IMG/VR virus record: IMGVR_UViG_3300010234_000004
Coordinates: 38,603-102,602 of that record
Origin: a virus
DNA: 64,000 bases
Direction: 5' to 3' (one strand)
How positions within the stretch are numbered: position 1 is the first letter of the stretch; the number at the start of each line of letters is the position of its first letter. This document shows, one piece after another, positions 30,964-42,816 of the stretch. The position numbers were made by a program, and so were the translations under genes. The notes under the pieces are model-generated. The model was not told the DNA's origin, made no database searches, and saw nothing but the letters and a program-made list of their open reading frames with translations.

Positions 30964-31731
30964 ATGTTTGGCTCACATTTTTACCATCAGAGAATGACGA
31001 AAGCGGTGGCCAGCTTTGGCGCATTGTTCAACAATTTGTACGTGGTTCGTAAGGACGGCACGGGGAATGTCATGAGTACAGTTCGTGTCCCTCTGACATA
31101 TGCACCAAAGGAAAAATATCTGGAACGGATTCGGGAGCATACTGATCTGGATAATGACACCAAGACGGCAGTTAAACTCCCCCGCTTGTCATTTGAGATT
31201 ACCAGTTTTCAGTACGACCCGCAAAGAACGATCTCCAAGACCAATAAACGGTCAGCGAGTGGTTCGTCTGTTAATACTCGCGCACTTTTGTATGCCGGAA
31301 CGCCATACACGATCCAATTTCAATTGAGCCTTTTTGCTGACAAGCACGACGATGCGCTGCAAGTTGTCGAGCAAATCCTACCATATTTCCAGCCGCAATA
31401 CACCTTGACTATGAAGCCATTCGACGATTATCCTGAAATCCTAGAGGATGTTCCGGTCGCCATCGTGGGGTCATCCTTCTCAGACGATTTCGAGTCGGCT
31501 TTGGAGCAGCGTCGGACCATTATATATACATTAGACTTTGAAATGAAGCTTTACTTCTATGGACCGATTGGAGACAGTTCGATCATTCGTGAGGTCCAGA
31601 CTAATTATTTCCTGATAGGTAATGATAGCGATACTCCTGTCAGTAGAATGGTTACTACTCCAGACCCGATTGGCGTATCGGCAGATTCGGACTTCGGATT
31701 CACCGACACCAAAATAGATTTTATAGGATAA
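30964..31731 (+). CDS. gp15: Tail terminator/sheath stabiliser gp15
   Basis: MFGSHFYH..FGALFNN..VPLTYAPKEK..LPRLSFE..VEQILPYFQP. Confidence 0.93.
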   Translation: MFGSHFYHQRMTKAVASFGALFNNLYVVRKDGTGNVMSTVRVPLTYAPKEKYLERIREHTDLDNDTKTAVKLPRLSFEITSFQYDPQRTISKTNKRSASGSSVNTRALLYAGTPYTIQFQLSLFADKHDDALQVVEQILPYFQPQYTLTMKPFDDYPEILEDVPVAIVGSSFSDDFESALEQRRTIIYTLDFEMKLYFYGPIGDSSIIREVQTNYFLIGNDSDTPVSRMVTTPDPIGVSADSDFGFTDTKIDFIG

Positions 31732-31734
31732 CGA

Positions 31735-32094
31735 ATGATTGATTCTGATGATGATAAGGTTCTAAACGATTTCGACTACTCAAGAACTGTATATCGCGAC
31801 TTGATCGAAAAGGGTCGACAGGCTCTGGAAGACGCGATTCTAGTCGCTCAAGAAGAGGAACATCCTCGTGCCTTTGAGGTTGTGGGTGGAATGATCAAGA
31901 ACCTATCTGACGTGAACGATAAGCTACTCGATCTGCATAAAAAACACAGGGGTTTGGAGCCAAAGGAAGAGCAAAAGCAAATAGCTAACCAAACTCACAA
32001 CACGTTTATCGGATCGACTACAGAGCTTCAGCGTATGCTCCAGCAAATCGAAGACGATAAAATGGTTGATGTGACCCCCAATGAAACAGATTAA
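31735..32094 (+). CDS. gp16: Terminase small subunit
   Basis: DFDYSR..HPRAFEV..FIGSTTELQ. Confidence 0.9.
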   Translation: MIDSDDDKVLNDFDYSRTVYRDLIEKGRQALEDAILVAQEEEHPRAFEVVGGMIKNLSDVNDKLLDLHKKHRGLEPKEEQKQIANQTHNTFIGSTTELQRMLQQIEDDKMVDVTPNETD

Positions 32095-33670
32095 AGACAC
32101 TTATCTCGGGAATCACAACGTCAAGAAAGACGGCGTGGTCACCGAATGGTTACCGGGGCAGGTCACCGAATATCACAAATGTATGAATAGTGCTGAATAT
32201 TTCTGTGAGACCTATTGTAAGGTCATTCACATGGATAGTGGATTGGTCAACTTCAACCTATATCCTTATCAAAAGAAAATGTTCGAGCATTTCGATAACA
32301 ACCGTTTCTCCATCGTTCTAGCCTGTCGGCAGTCCGGTAAATCGATGGGGGCGGTCGGTTACCTGCTATGGTATGCGTTATTCCATTCAGAGAAAACAGT
32401 AGCGATTCTGGCTAACAAAGGAGCGACCGCACGTGAAATGATCGGTCGTATCACTCTGATGCTGGAGAATCTACCATTCTTCCTTCAGGCTGGCTGTAAG
32501 GCCTTGAACAAGGGCAGTCTCGAATTTAGTAACAATTCACGTATTTTGGCGGCTGCAACCAGTGGTTCATCCATTCGTGGCTTTGCGGTTCACCTGTTGT
32601 ATCTGGACGAATTTGCATTCGTTGAGAACGCTACAGAATTCTACACCTCCACCTATCCAGTTGTCACTTCTGGCACGACATCCAAAGTCATTATTACTTC
32701 CACGGCCAACGGGGTCGGTAACATGTTCCACAAGATTTGGTCCAATGCGATTTTGGGTAATAACGATTTTAAGCCGTTGCGTGTGGATTGGTGGGATGTC
32801 CCAGGTCGTGATGAGGCATGGAAAGAGCAGACGATTGCGAACACGTCGCAACTCCAGTTTGATCAGGAATACGGAAACAATTTCTTCGGAACGGGCAATA
32901 CGCTATTCGATCCTGAGTGTTTGATGAGGCTAACGTTCGAAGTCCCTAAGCATATCACCTCAGATGGCGTTAAGGTCTACAGAGAGCCTATTATAGACCA
33001 TTTCTACGTCATGGCGGTAGATGTATCCAAAGGACGCGGATTGGACTACACGACGTTTACAATCATCGATTTGAGTTCGGAGATTTGGCAACAAGTCGCG
33101 GTATTTCGAGACAATCGAATATCGCCTTATCTGCTACCTACACTGCTAGAAAAATTCGGAAAGAAATACAACGACGCATTGATCGTGGTCGAATCTAATG
33201 ATGTCGGTCAGGTGGTTTGTAATGGCCTGTATCATGACATTGAATATGAAAACGTGTTCATGGAATCGGTTATCAAGGCCGATTCAATCGGTATTAATAT
33301 GAATAGAAAAGTGAAGCGGTTGGGGTGCGCGGCCATTAAGGACGTGGTGGAAACTGGTAAACTGGAAATCCATGATGAGGCCACCATTGATGAAATGTCC
33401 ACGTTCGAGGCACGCGGTGTTTCATACGAGGCCACAGATGGAAATTATGACGATCTAGTAATGAATCTGGTTCTGTTCGGCTACCTATCCAACACCACTT
33501 TCTTCAGTGACAACTTGGATATCAATTTCAGGCAACATTTGCATGAACAGAATATGAAGGCAATTGAAGATGATGTACTCCCGTTCGGGATCATCGACGA
33601 TGGTCTATCGAACGACGTTCCCGAAGTAGGAGTGGTTGAAATGGATGATGATTGGCTGATCCGGATTTAA
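32081..33670 (+). CDS. gp17: Terminase large subunit
   Basis: Walker A RQSGKS; LYLDEFAFV; ITSTANG; VDVSKGRGLDY; DDLVM. Confidence 0.97.
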   Translation: MKQIKDTYLGNHNVKKDGVVTEWLPGQVTEYHKCMNSAEYFCETYCKVIHMDSGLVNFNLYPYQKKMFEHFDNNRFSIVLACRQSGKSMGAVGYLLWYALFHSEKTVAILANKGATAREMIGRITLMLENLPFFLQAGCKALNKGSLEFSNNSRILAAATSGSSIRGFAVHLLYLDEFAFVENATEFYTSTYPVVTSGTTSKVIITSTANGVGNMFHKIWSNAILGNNDFKPLRVDWWDVPGRDEAWKEQTIANTSQLQFDQEYGNNFFGTGNTLFDPECLMRLTFEVPKHITSDGVKVYREPIIDHFYVMAVDVSKGRGLDYTTFTIIDLSSEIWQQVAVFRDNRISPYLLPTLLEKFGKKYNDALIVVESNDVGQVVCNGLYHDIEYENVFMESVIKADSIGINMNRKVKRLGCAAIKDVVETGKLEIHDEATIDEMSTFEARGVSYEATDGNYDDLVMNLVLFGYLSNTTFFSDNLDINFRQHLHEQNMKAIEDDVLPFGIIDDGLSNDVPEVGVVEMDDDWLIRI

Positions 33671-34083
33671 GAAAATTCCGTATATCTCATGCGGCAACGA
33701 TATCCCTCTGCGTCGATGAATTCCCCACTGTCGAATTGATAAGCGGACGGATGTTCGAGTTCATATGATGCCAGCGTATACGCGGGTGTCCCGTCCACAC
33801 GTTTCTGCTTGTCTTTCACCATGACAATGAATTCATCAACAGTGATCGTATCCCCGTATTCATTTTCAATTGTTTTGCCGAAGGCATCACCAGTCCGCAA
33901 TGCTTCAAACCATTGATTGCCGGTTTGGATATAAACCTCTCCATTATGATCTTCTACTGCGTTGAAACTGAATTTCCATCCGGCAGAAGATTTACCAATA
34001 TGATCAACTTCACGATCAGGAGTGTGACCACAGCATTTACATTTTGATGGTTCAATACCATACCAATAATAATTCGTTCCCAT
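33667..34083 (-). CDS. Hypothetical phage protein (MGTNYY/HIGKSSAGW family)
   Basis: MGTNYY, CxxC, HIGKSSAGWKF, NEYG. Confidence 0.65.
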   Translation of the reverse strand: MGTNYYWYGIEPSKCKCCGHTPDREVDHIGKSSAGWKFSFNAVEDHNGEVYIQTGNQWFEALRTGDAFGKTIENEYGDTITVDEFIVMVKDKQKRVDGTPAYTLASYELEHPSAYQFDSGEFIDAEGYRCRMRYTEFS

Positions 34084-34084
34084 T

Positions 34085-34495
34085 TTATTCAATCCCTTCA
34101 TATAATTTCTGTTTGGCGAGGTAATCTCTCCAGATTCTTGCTAATTTTTCGGCGTTGTCTACAGACCTTTGGTTGAGTAGCACTTCTGCTTGGCGGTAAT
34201 CAATTTTTTCCGCCTCAAGAAATTTGAATACCGCGACGGTTCGCAGATATTTCTTATCTAAGCGACCCCAATAATATTCGTTATCGGTATCGCGGAAAGC
34301 GTTCTTGGTGTCCCGCCGATCCATCTCAGTTCCAAGACGAACAGCGTCTTCTAAGCTGTCACAGACCGTGTACAGTTTTGGCGTGTTGCTCCGACCAACC
34401 GTATATTGGGTGGTTCCGTACCGCCGCCTGATCGATATCCTGCGTCGATCAAGGCGATTTTTTTGCATCTCAGTGTCGATAAATGCAAATGTCAC
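34085..34495 (-). CDS. Hypothetical protein
   Basis: GTG start overlapping upstream stop, GGGAGG RBS. Confidence 0.5.
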   Translation of the reverse strand: MTFAFIDTEMQKNRLDRRRISIRRRYGTTQYTVGRSNTPKLYTVCDSLEDAVRLGTEMDRRDTKNAFRDTDNEYYWGRLDKKYLRTVAVFKFLEAEKIDYRQAEVLLNQRSVDNAEKLARIWRDYLAKQKLYEGIE

Positions 34496-34785
34496 TTCAC
34501 ATCCTCCCGATAGATTTTCTTGAAGACCGTACCTTCTTGGGTAGAAACCCAAGCTTTTGTCCATTGGACGTTTGGAGAAAGGAAGCGGCAACGCAGGTCC
34601 ATGACATGCTCACTGTCGGTCAGGTCATGGACCCATCCATCGAATTGGTATTCGGGGTGGTCTTTCCGAAGCTGTTCTAGAGTCTTTGAAAGGTATGTGG
34701 CACCGTGCCAGTTCTCCCACATCTTACACTCAACTGATACTGGATTTCCGGTTGGATCGGTCATGATTGCTGTTCTTACTGGCAT
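34492..34785 (-). CDS. Hypothetical early protein
   Basis: Directly downstream of a repeated early promoter/RBS cassette. Confidence 0.6.
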   Translation of the reverse strand: MPVRTAIMTDPTGNPVSVECKMWENWHGATYLSKTLEQLRKDHPEYQFDGWVHDLTDSEHVMDLRCRFLSPNVQWTKAWVSTQEGTVFKKIYREDVK

Positions 34786-34862
34786 GTTCTTCTCTCTCTG
34801 TTGGTTTCTGTCCTCTTTATGACATAAGAAATAGGGGTCGTCAACCCCCTTTCTGAATTATT
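34786..34862 (-). promoter_or_regulatory. Repeated early promoter stem-loop cassette (PeSL-like), copy 1
   Basis: GGGGGTTGACGACCCC hairpin, TTGACG-17-CATAAA, leader CAGAAACCAACAGAGAGAG. Confidence 0.75.
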
Positions 34863-35070
34863 ATGCGTATGGGTTAAAAATACAGTTGGCGGTTTGCCAT
34901 TGGGTTTTGTGTGTTTCGCAGTCCACATCCCAAACCTTGCCGTTATAGCTAATGTAATGGCCGTTCCATTCGCCAGATGGTACTTCTGACGCGCCCCGAT
35001 CACCGACAAAGGTGCGATAGATGGTGCTGGCTTCTGCGGCGGTGTTGGCTTTGATCTGTTTGACTTGCAT
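34861..35070 (-). CDS. Hypothetical early protein
   Basis: Follows promoter copy 2; ISYNGKVW motif. Confidence 0.55.
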   Translation of the reverse strand: MQVKQIKANTAAEASTIYRTFVGDRGASEVPSGEWNGHYISYNGKVWDVDCETHKTQWQTANCIFNPYA

Positions 35071-35077
35071 TTTATTA

Positions 35078-35137
35078 TGTCCCTATGTGTTGTTTCTGAC
35101 CCCTTTATGACACATCATAATCCCCACGTCAACCCCT
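35078..35137 (-). promoter_or_regulatory. Early promoter cassette, copy 2 (hairpin lost)
   Basis: TTGACG-17-CATAAA-GGGGTCAGAAAC. Confidence 0.65.
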
Positions 35138-35159
35138 GACGAGGCCATTTGTATAAATA
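35136..35159 (+). promoter_or_regulatory. Late promoter TATAAATA with upstream CTGACG box
   Basis: CTGACG-N10-TATAAATAGTAGTA upstream of gp18. Confidence 0.75.
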
Positions 35160-35210
35160 GTAGTATGAGAAGATTCTTATGATGATAACATATAATCTAG
35201 GAGACTACAT

Positions 35211-37034
35211 ATGGCTAAATTAGGTGCACCAATACCTGCCAATTCGCCTGCTGTAAATTTTCGTGAGATTGATCTTACTGGCCGCGTCGGTGACGTACCA
35301 AGTTCAGTATCAGCAATCGCGGGAAATTTTGCTTGGGGTCCAGTCGGAGTTCCGACTTTGGTAGCTGACGAAACCACCCTTGTACGACGGTTCGGACAAC
35401 CGAATTCCGTTAATACAATTGATTTTCACTCCGCCGCTATGTTCCATAAATATTCGGATACTCTGAATGTTATTCGCGAACTGGACGGCGATTCCGCTGG
35501 CACTACGCCAGCACGTAACGCGTATGCAATCACTTCACCATCTGCGGCCCTGTTGGTCAAGAACAATGCTGAGTTTGACCTGCAAGTGGCTACTTTGGAT
35601 AACTTCGCTGGTGACAGTGCTGGTGATCCTTTATTTGTTCGTGGTCACAGCGTGATTGCTGCTTATCCCGGCGCTTTGGCTAACGGCCTTGAAGTTAGTA
35701 TTTGCCCTGGAGATTCCGATGGAACGGTATTTGCTGCTTGGGAATTTGCTGATCAGTTTGACGCTGCTCCTGGCACTTCCTCTTATGCTTCTAACCGTGA
35801 TGGTTCATGGGATGAGATTCATGTAGTAGTGGTTGACCGTGACGGTAAAGTATCCGGCACGAAAAACACTATCCTTGAGCGTTATCCATACGTCTCAGCA
35901 GCTTTCGACGGTAAGACCGCCGATGGTGCTACATCGTATGTCAAGAACGTTATTAATAACCAATCATCGTACATCAAGTTCGTAAGCTTTGGCTCTAGCC
36001 TCGCATTCGATTCTGATGCGTGGGGATTATCTTCAACGCTTGGCACCTCTACTACTCCGGGTACTCCGAAAACGTTTACTGACGGCTTGGCTGTTAAAAC
36101 GTGGACGTTGGCTGCTGGTGTAGATGGAACAACGTTGCAGGCCGCTGATTATATCCGCGCTTTTGCTACAGTTGACGATATCGAAACCACTGACGTTGAT
36201 ATTCTCATTGCACCCGGCATGACCTCGCGTGCAGATCAGGATTTGGTATGTGAATATATGCTTTCTATCGCTAAAGATATTCGTAAAGACTGTGTTGTTG
36301 TGACATCACCAAACCGTAGTGCAATCGTAAACCAGATTCCGGCCAACATCGTTGACCGTTGTGTTGAATTCGCTAATGGAATGAGCAATTCTTCATATCT
36401 GATTATCGATGCTCAGTACGTTAAAGTCTACGACAAGTATCGCGATGAATACATCTTTATCCCCGCTGCCTCTTCTGTTGCTGGCCTCATGGCTGCATCC
36501 GAAAAGCTGTTCGGCGCATGGTATTCACCCGCCGGTCGTCGTCGTGGTGTTTTGCGTGGTATCGATGATATCGCTTGGAACCCGCGTTTATCACAACGTG
36601 ACACTCTATACAAAGCTGGTATGAACCCGATCATTCAACAGACTGGTCAGGACGTTCAACTTTTCGGTGATAAGACTAAACTCCAGCGTCCAAGTGCATT
36701 CGACCGAATTAACGTTCGTCGTCTGTTCCTGAAGCTTGAGAAGGACATCATCAGATACGCGCATAACATCCTCTTTGAATTCAACGATGAGTTTACTCGC
36801 GCAGAATTTGTTGGGGTTGTTGACCCATATCTCCGTGATGTTCTGGCACGTCGTGGCATCTATGACTACACAATTGTCTGTGATGAAACAAACAACACCC
36901 CAGAGGTGATCGACAACAACCAGTTTGTAGCAAGCATCTTCGTGAAGCCTGCCCGCTCGATCAACTTCATCACGCTTAACTTCGTTGCAGTCCGTACCGG
37001 TGCTTCTTTCGAAGAAGTCGTTGGCTTGGTATAA
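35211..37034 (+). CDS. gp18: Tail sheath protein
   Basis: SPAVNFREIDLT; FAWGPV; WYSPAG; LFGDKT; FDRINVRRLF; FEFNDEFTR; KPARSINFITLNF. Confidence 0.97.
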   Translation: MAKLGAPIPANSPAVNFREIDLTGRVGDVPSSVSAIAGNFAWGPVGVPTLVADETTLVRRFGQPNSVNTIDFHSAAMFHKYSDTLNVIRELDGDSAGTTPARNAYAITSPSAALLVKNNAEFDLQVATLDNFAGDSAGDPLFVRGHSVIAAYPGALANGLEVSICPGDSDGTVFAAWEFADQFDAAPGTSSYASNRDGSWDEIHVVVVDRDGKVSGTKNTILERYPYVSAAFDGKTADGATSYVKNVINNQSSYIKFVSFGSSLAFDSDAWGLSSTLGTSTTPGTPKTFTDGLAVKTWTLAAGVDGTTLQAADYIRAFATVDDIETTDVDILIAPGMTSRADQDLVCEYMLSIAKDIRKDCVVVTSPNRSAIVNQIPANIVDRCVEFANGMSNSSYLIIDAQYVKVYDKYRDEYIFIPAASSVAGLMAASEKLFGAWYSPAGRRRGVLRGIDDIAWNPRLSQRDTLYKAGMNPIIQQTGQDVQLFGDKTKLQRPSAFDRINVRRLFLKLEKDIIRYAHNILFEFNDEFTRAEFVGVVDPYLRDVLARRGIYDYTIVCDETNNTPEVIDNNQFVASIFVKPARSINFITLNFVAVRTGASFEEVVGLV

Positions 37035-37046
37035 GGAGAGAATGAA

Positions 37047-37583
37047 ATGGCTGTACTAAACGTAAATGAGTTCAAAGCTAAATTTCGTGGCGGTACACGG
37101 GCTAACCTTTTTAAGGTTACGCTCCGTACGCCCGATGGCTTGGAATCAATCGAAGAACTGTCAAGCTTCTTGGTGAAAACCGCTGAGCTTCCTGGTTCTA
37201 CAATCGAACCCATCGTTATCCCGTTCAGGGGTCGCGAGCTTAAAGTCTCAGGTGACAAAACGTTTGAGCCTTGGACTGTTACCATCCTCAACGATCCAGA
37301 ATTCAAAATCCGTAAGGGTCTTGAAATTTGGATGAGTGGAATGAATAACCACGAAGATAACCAAGGGGTAGAGGATGGATATTTTGTCGATCTCGAAATC
37401 TCTCAGTTGGATCGTGAAGGTAACGACCTCAGAACGTATTTTCTGAAAGATGCTTGGCCTAGTGAACTGGCACCAATTGCTGTTAGTTTTGATACTGCCA
37501 ACACTCACGAGGAGTATACGGTCACGTTCCAATACCAGTATTGGACTACTGGGGATTTGATTGAAGATGGAAAAGGCTTCTAA
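37047..37583 (+). CDS. gp19: Tail tube protein
   Basis: GGTRANLFKV; PFRGRELKVSGDKTFEPWTVTILND; QLDREG. Confidence 0.95.
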   Translation: MAVLNVNEFKAKFRGGTRANLFKVTLRTPDGLESIEELSSFLVKTAELPGSTIEPIVIPFRGRELKVSGDKTFEPWTVTILNDPEFKIRKGLEIWMSGMNNHEDNQGVEDGYFVDLEISQLDREGNDLRTYFLKDAWPSELAPIAVSFDTANTHEEYTVTFQYQYWTTGDLIEDGKGF

Positions 37584-37590
37584 TCAGCTA

Positions 37591-37627
37591 TATAAGTAGA
37601 TGGGAGGGGGAGCAATCCCCCTTCCAA
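37591..37627 (+). promoter_or_regulatory. Late promoter TATAAGTA followed by GCAA-tetraloop hairpin
   Basis: TATAAGTA at 37591; GGGAGGGGGA-GCAA-TCCCCCTTCC. Confidence 0.65.
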
Positions 37628-37654
37628 TTCATATAAACCAAGGATTATGAAGAT

Positions 37655-39341
37655 ATGGCTGAACAGGATACAAGCGTTTTTAGATTTCTAGGTTATGAGC
37701 TTAAAAAGGCCAAGCCGAAGAAAGACGCAGAAATCACACCGTCCGTCGTTCCGCCGAATGACGAAGATGGTGCTGGATTCGTATCGACTGGTGCTGGCTA
37801 TTTCGGTCAACATTTGGATATTGACGGCGACAGAGCTAAAGATAGTTTCGCTCAGATTTTCAAATATCGGGGGGTTGCAATGCATCCCGAAGTTGATGCG
37901 GCAATCGAAGAAATTTGTAATGAGGCAATTATCTACGGTGAAGATCGTATGCCTGTCTCTTTGGTCACTACACATGTCGAGGGGTTGTCCGACTCGATTA
38001 AAACAAAATTGTCAGACGAATTTGATACCATTGTAAATATGCTCAACTTCTCTGAAGACGGACATGATATTTTTAAACGTTGGTATATTGATGGTCGGTT
38101 GGTTCATCATGTACTGATCGACGCAAAAAGCCCTAAAAGCGGAATTCAGGAAGTGCGCTTCATTGACAGCACCAAAATCCGTAAGGTGCGTGAAGTCAAA
38201 TATAAGATGGACGAAGGAAGTGGAGTAAAGGTTGTTGACCGCGTTGAAGAGTATTACATCTTTCAGGAACGGGTAGCTGGTCAACAGGTTGGCATGACAA
38301 TTGGCGGCGGGACCGCTGCTACAGGCGTGAAGCTTTCTAACGATTCGATCAACTACGTTTCGTCGGGCCTGCTGGATGAAGGTCGTAAAAAAGTGATATC
38401 GCACTTGCAGAAGGCTCTGAAGCCTGCAAACCAATTGCGGATGATGGAAGACTCTTTGGTGATCTACCGCCTTGCGCGTGCACCTGAACGTCGCATCTTC
38501 TATATCGATACCGGTAACTTACCGAAGAATCGTGCTGAAGAATACATGAAAAATATTCAGGCCAAATACAGAAACAAGCTGGTCTACGACCCGACAACTG
38601 GACAAATAGGTGACGACAAGAAGCACATGTCCATGTTGGAGGATTACTGGTTGCCACGTCGTGAGGGTGGCCGTGGAACCGAAATAGACACGCTCTCAGG
38701 CGGAGAAAACCTTGGACAGATAGACGACGTCATTTACTTCCAGAAACGCCTGTATAAGTCCCTAAACGTCCCCCTGAGCCGTTTAGAGCAGGACACGACC
38801 TTTTCGCTTGGTCGTGCTGCTGAGGTGACTAAGGACGAGATCAAATTCCAGAAATTCATTGATAAGATCAGACGGAAATTCAGTAAGCTGTTTATCGGCC
38901 TCTTGAAGAAGCAGGTTCTTCTGAAAGGATTGATGACTGAGGAAGAATGGAAAGAACACCATAGCAATCTCACAGTCGATTTCCTTCGCGACAACCACTA
39001 CACTGAACTCAAAGATAACGAGATCATTCGCGAACGTGTTCAGACCTTGGACATGGTAGTTCAGTATGAAAACCAGTATTTCACTAAAAACTGGATCATG
39101 AAGAACGTCATGAACTACACTGATGAGGAAATCAAGGAACTTGAAAAGGCAGAAAAAGCTGCTGAAGCCGCTGGTGAGTTTGATGATGAGGATGAGGATA
39201 ATGGTCCTAAATTCACACCAAGTAGAGCGCCACCACCACAGCCTAAGCCACAGCCTAAGCCGGAACCTAAGTCGGAACCTAAGCCGGAACCTAAGTCGGA
39301 ACCATCTACAGACGATAAGAAGCTGAAGAAAGCTGAGAAAG

Positions 39342-39361
<20 letters not shown>
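37655..39361 (+). CDS. gp20: Portal protein
   Basis: WYIDGR; NQLRMMEDSLVIYRLARAPERRIFYIDTGNLPK; EDYWLPRREGGRGTEI; Pro/Lys/Glu-rich repetitive tail. Confidence 0.97.
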
Positions 39362-40250
<889 letters not shown>

Positions 40251-40259
40251 GGAGAAATT

Positions 40260-40850
40260 ATGAGTGTAATTAAAGACGGCACAGGAAACGGTAAATTCGC
40301 GAAGGTTGATTCTCAGAATCGTATTCACACCAAATCGGTTACTATTTCAGAGCAGACCTCAAGGTCTCTTGAGGGTGGTGGATATAACATCAACACGGGA
40401 CTTATTTCGCTTACGAGTGGAAATGAGTCTGCTGTAATGTATATGAAATATACTGGAGTCACTGACTTTCATGTTTCGGCCATCGCGGTTGGAGTAGGGA
40501 AATTGGGTGGTACGATTTCTGACCCTGCATTGATCAAGATGTATCGTAATCCGACAACGGGTACGATTGTCGATAATGCAGTGACAGCGGGACTCTTGAA
40601 TGAGAACAGAAATTTTGGTAGTGCAGCAGCTCTAAGTGCCACAATATATAAAGGTGTTGAGGGCGATACGTTCACTGATGGTGACGAAATCGCGATGTTT
40701 TACCAGAATGGAAATGGACGTCTATTCGCATCAATCGACTTTATCTTGACACCGCAGACCACTATCGGTCTGTCTATTACACCAAATGCTACATCTGGTG
40801 GCGACATATATGCAGCGTTTATTGGACATGAAGAATTGGCTGATCAATAA
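40260..40850 (+). CDS. Putative structural protein (DGxGNG..VD..NR family)
   Basis: N-terminus IKDGTGNGKFAKVDSQNR shared with 41044. Confidence 0.55.
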   Translation: MSVIKDGTGNGKFAKVDSQNRIHTKSVTISEQTSRSLEGGGYNINTGLISLTSGNESAVMYMKYTGVTDFHVSAIAVGVGKLGGTISDPALIKMYRNPTTGTIVDNAVTAGLLNENRNFGSAAALSATIYKGVEGDTFTDGDEIAMFYQNGNGRLFASIDFILTPQTTIGLSITPNATSGGDIYAAFIGHEELADQ

Positions 40851-41047
40851 TGGCATTGAAAAACGCTTTCGCTGAAATTGCGACAGAAAATACATTAGAA
40901 GAAATTCGTCTTGAAGCGATCAACGAACACAGAATGTTGCTGCAAGACATTTTAAAGGAATTGAAAATTCTAAATCTTCATATGTCAGTCATGAGAGACG
41001 AAGAATTGACGGACGAAGATTTGGATCAGGGAGAAATTGAACAATGA
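40850..41047 (+). CDS. Small coiled-coil protein
   Basis: LLQDILKELKILNLH; coupled to neighbours. Confidence 0.55.
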   Translation: MALKNAFAEIATENTLEEIRLEAINEHRMLLQDILKELKILNLHMSVMRDEELTDEDLDQGEIEQ

Positions 41048-41652
41048 AAGTAGAATCAGGCATAGGTAACGGCAAATGGGCCGCAGTCGATAAACACAAC
41101 CGACTAGAAACTCAGAGCGAATCAGCATCGATCGAACACACTATTTCAAAGAGAGATGCTGAAGCATATAGTGCACTGTTCGATGCAAGTCTAACCGACT
41201 CAGACGGATCAGGTAAAGTTGTATGTGCTGTTCTGAAGAATACTTCTACGACTAAAGACCTCGTGCTTTCACATATGACTTTTCAGGTTATAAGCCCTGC
41301 GGGTGGGACATCACTCCCAGACACAGGAAACTTCTTTTGCATCCTGAAGGGTAGAGAGTTTTCATCAGGTGGTACAGCAGTCACACCAGTTAATCTTCAT
41401 CTTGGAGCGGGAAATGTCGCGGCGGTTGATGCGTATGACAATAATCCTACCATGTCAGGAAGTGCGGTCGAAGTCGATAGAATCTATCCAAAAGAAGATG
41501 GTCAATTGGTCGACGTGTCAGCATTTCGTAATGGATCACTCATAATGAACCCAGGACAGACTATTGAACTTGCGATGCTGAACGATCACACTTCTGGTAC
41601 AGTGGTCGTGACAACACAATTTTTCCTCGAAGATATAGACCTTGAGAACTAA
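41044..41652 (+). CDS. Putative structural protein (paralogue of 40260)
   Basis: VESGIGNGKWAAVDKHNR. Confidence 0.55.
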   Translation: MKVESGIGNGKWAAVDKHNRLETQSESASIEHTISKRDAEAYSALFDASLTDSDGSGKVVCAVLKNTSTTKDLVLSHMTFQVISPAGGTSLPDTGNFFCILKGREFSSGGTAVTPVNLHLGAGNVAAVDAYDNNPTMSGSAVEVDRIYPKEDGQLVDVSAFRNGSLIMNPGQTIELAMLNDHTSGTVVVTTQFFLEDIDLEN

Positions 41653-42794
41653 TGTTAAAGATTGAAGTAGGCGACGGTAACGGAGGAGACACCGCACAAG
41701 TCAGAAAAAGACTTGAGGAGGGCCACCAGCACAAATATCCCGCTGGCCTAATGACCTACACTGAACCGTATCGTCAAGAAAGAAATAGACCGATAATTGC
41801 GCTTAATCCCGATGGTTCATCCGCGATGAATGTCAATGGCGCATCAACTGGTGGTACACCGGACAATGTTCATAATGGCATAGATAACACATATTGGACT
41901 GGGACTAATCTTTCCGGAACAGGATTTGTGTTCAATTCCACCGATCAAGCATTTGCGGGAAGCAGTTCTATCAGTGGAGCCGGTTCTGTCAATAGCGACG
42001 AAGCATTACTTACACGATCTTCTCCTCTCACGATTTTAAGTTATACTGCACTGACCGGACAAATTTATGTCGATTCTTGGCCCGGTGCTGGAACAAAAGA
42101 AGTACGACTCAGAATTAGACTGGGAGGTGTGAATATTGGTACGACAATCGATATTAGCCCATACATTGATACCGGCAATCAGAACGCATGGCAAGCATTC
42201 GTCATTCCTTTGACTGATTTCGGTCTGGTTGGAACTACAATGGATGAAATCGTAATTACGACAATTGATATTGGCGGAGGGCAAGCACCGAATTACTATT
42301 TCGATAATCTCGTCTTATCTTCAGCCGCTGGCGGGTCGCCCGTATCGTACAGAGTTACACCCAGAGAAGGCGAAATTATTCTGGTGAAGGGCTTTGTATA
42401 TAATCTCGTATTCCCTTGGAGTGCCGTTGCCACGGTCACGGGAGCTACAGAAAACTTCACTGCTAACCAGTTCCTTTCATATAATCGTTTCGCGCATTTA
42501 TCTGAACTGCCTGTGGGCGTCGGTGTGAGGCGTGTGCAAGGTGGCGGGACAGGATTTTCGAACGTCGTAAGAAATAATTTCGATTTACTAAAAGCCACTA
42601 ATCATCGAATCGATACATTTTTCGCGGACGACACGAACGTTATGATGAAGATTACTACTAGTTTCGAAGGACCGGTCGAACTTGATCAGCACACTGGTGA
42701 CTATTACGAATTCACAGTCAATGACGATCTTTCTAGCCTTATCCATTTCGAAATTAGAGGTCGAGCGGTGACTATTAATGAGGCTCTCGACTAA
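41652..42794 (+). CDS. Putative structural protein with carbohydrate-binding-like domain
   Basis: WQAFVIPLTDF..YYFDNL pattern resembles galactose-binding-like folds. Confidence 0.45.
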   Translation: MLKIEVGDGNGGDTAQVRKRLEEGHQHKYPAGLMTYTEPYRQERNRPIIALNPDGSSAMNVNGASTGGTPDNVHNGIDNTYWTGTNLSGTGFVFNSTDQAFAGSSSISGAGSVNSDEALLTRSSPLTILSYTALTGQIYVDSWPGAGTKEVRLRIRLGGVNIGTTIDISPYIDTGNQNAWQAFVIPLTDFGLVGTTMDEIVITTIDIGGGQAPNYYFDNLVLSSAAGGSPVSYRVTPREGEIILVKGFVYNLVFPWSAVATVTGATENFTANQFLSYNRFAHLSELPVGVGVRRVQGGGTGFSNVVRNNFDLLKATNHRIDTFFADDTNVMMKITTSFEGPVELDQHTGDYYEFTVNDDLSSLIHFEIRGRAVTINEALD

Positions 42795-42816
42795 CTTGAA
42801 ACTCTATTTGAAGGGT

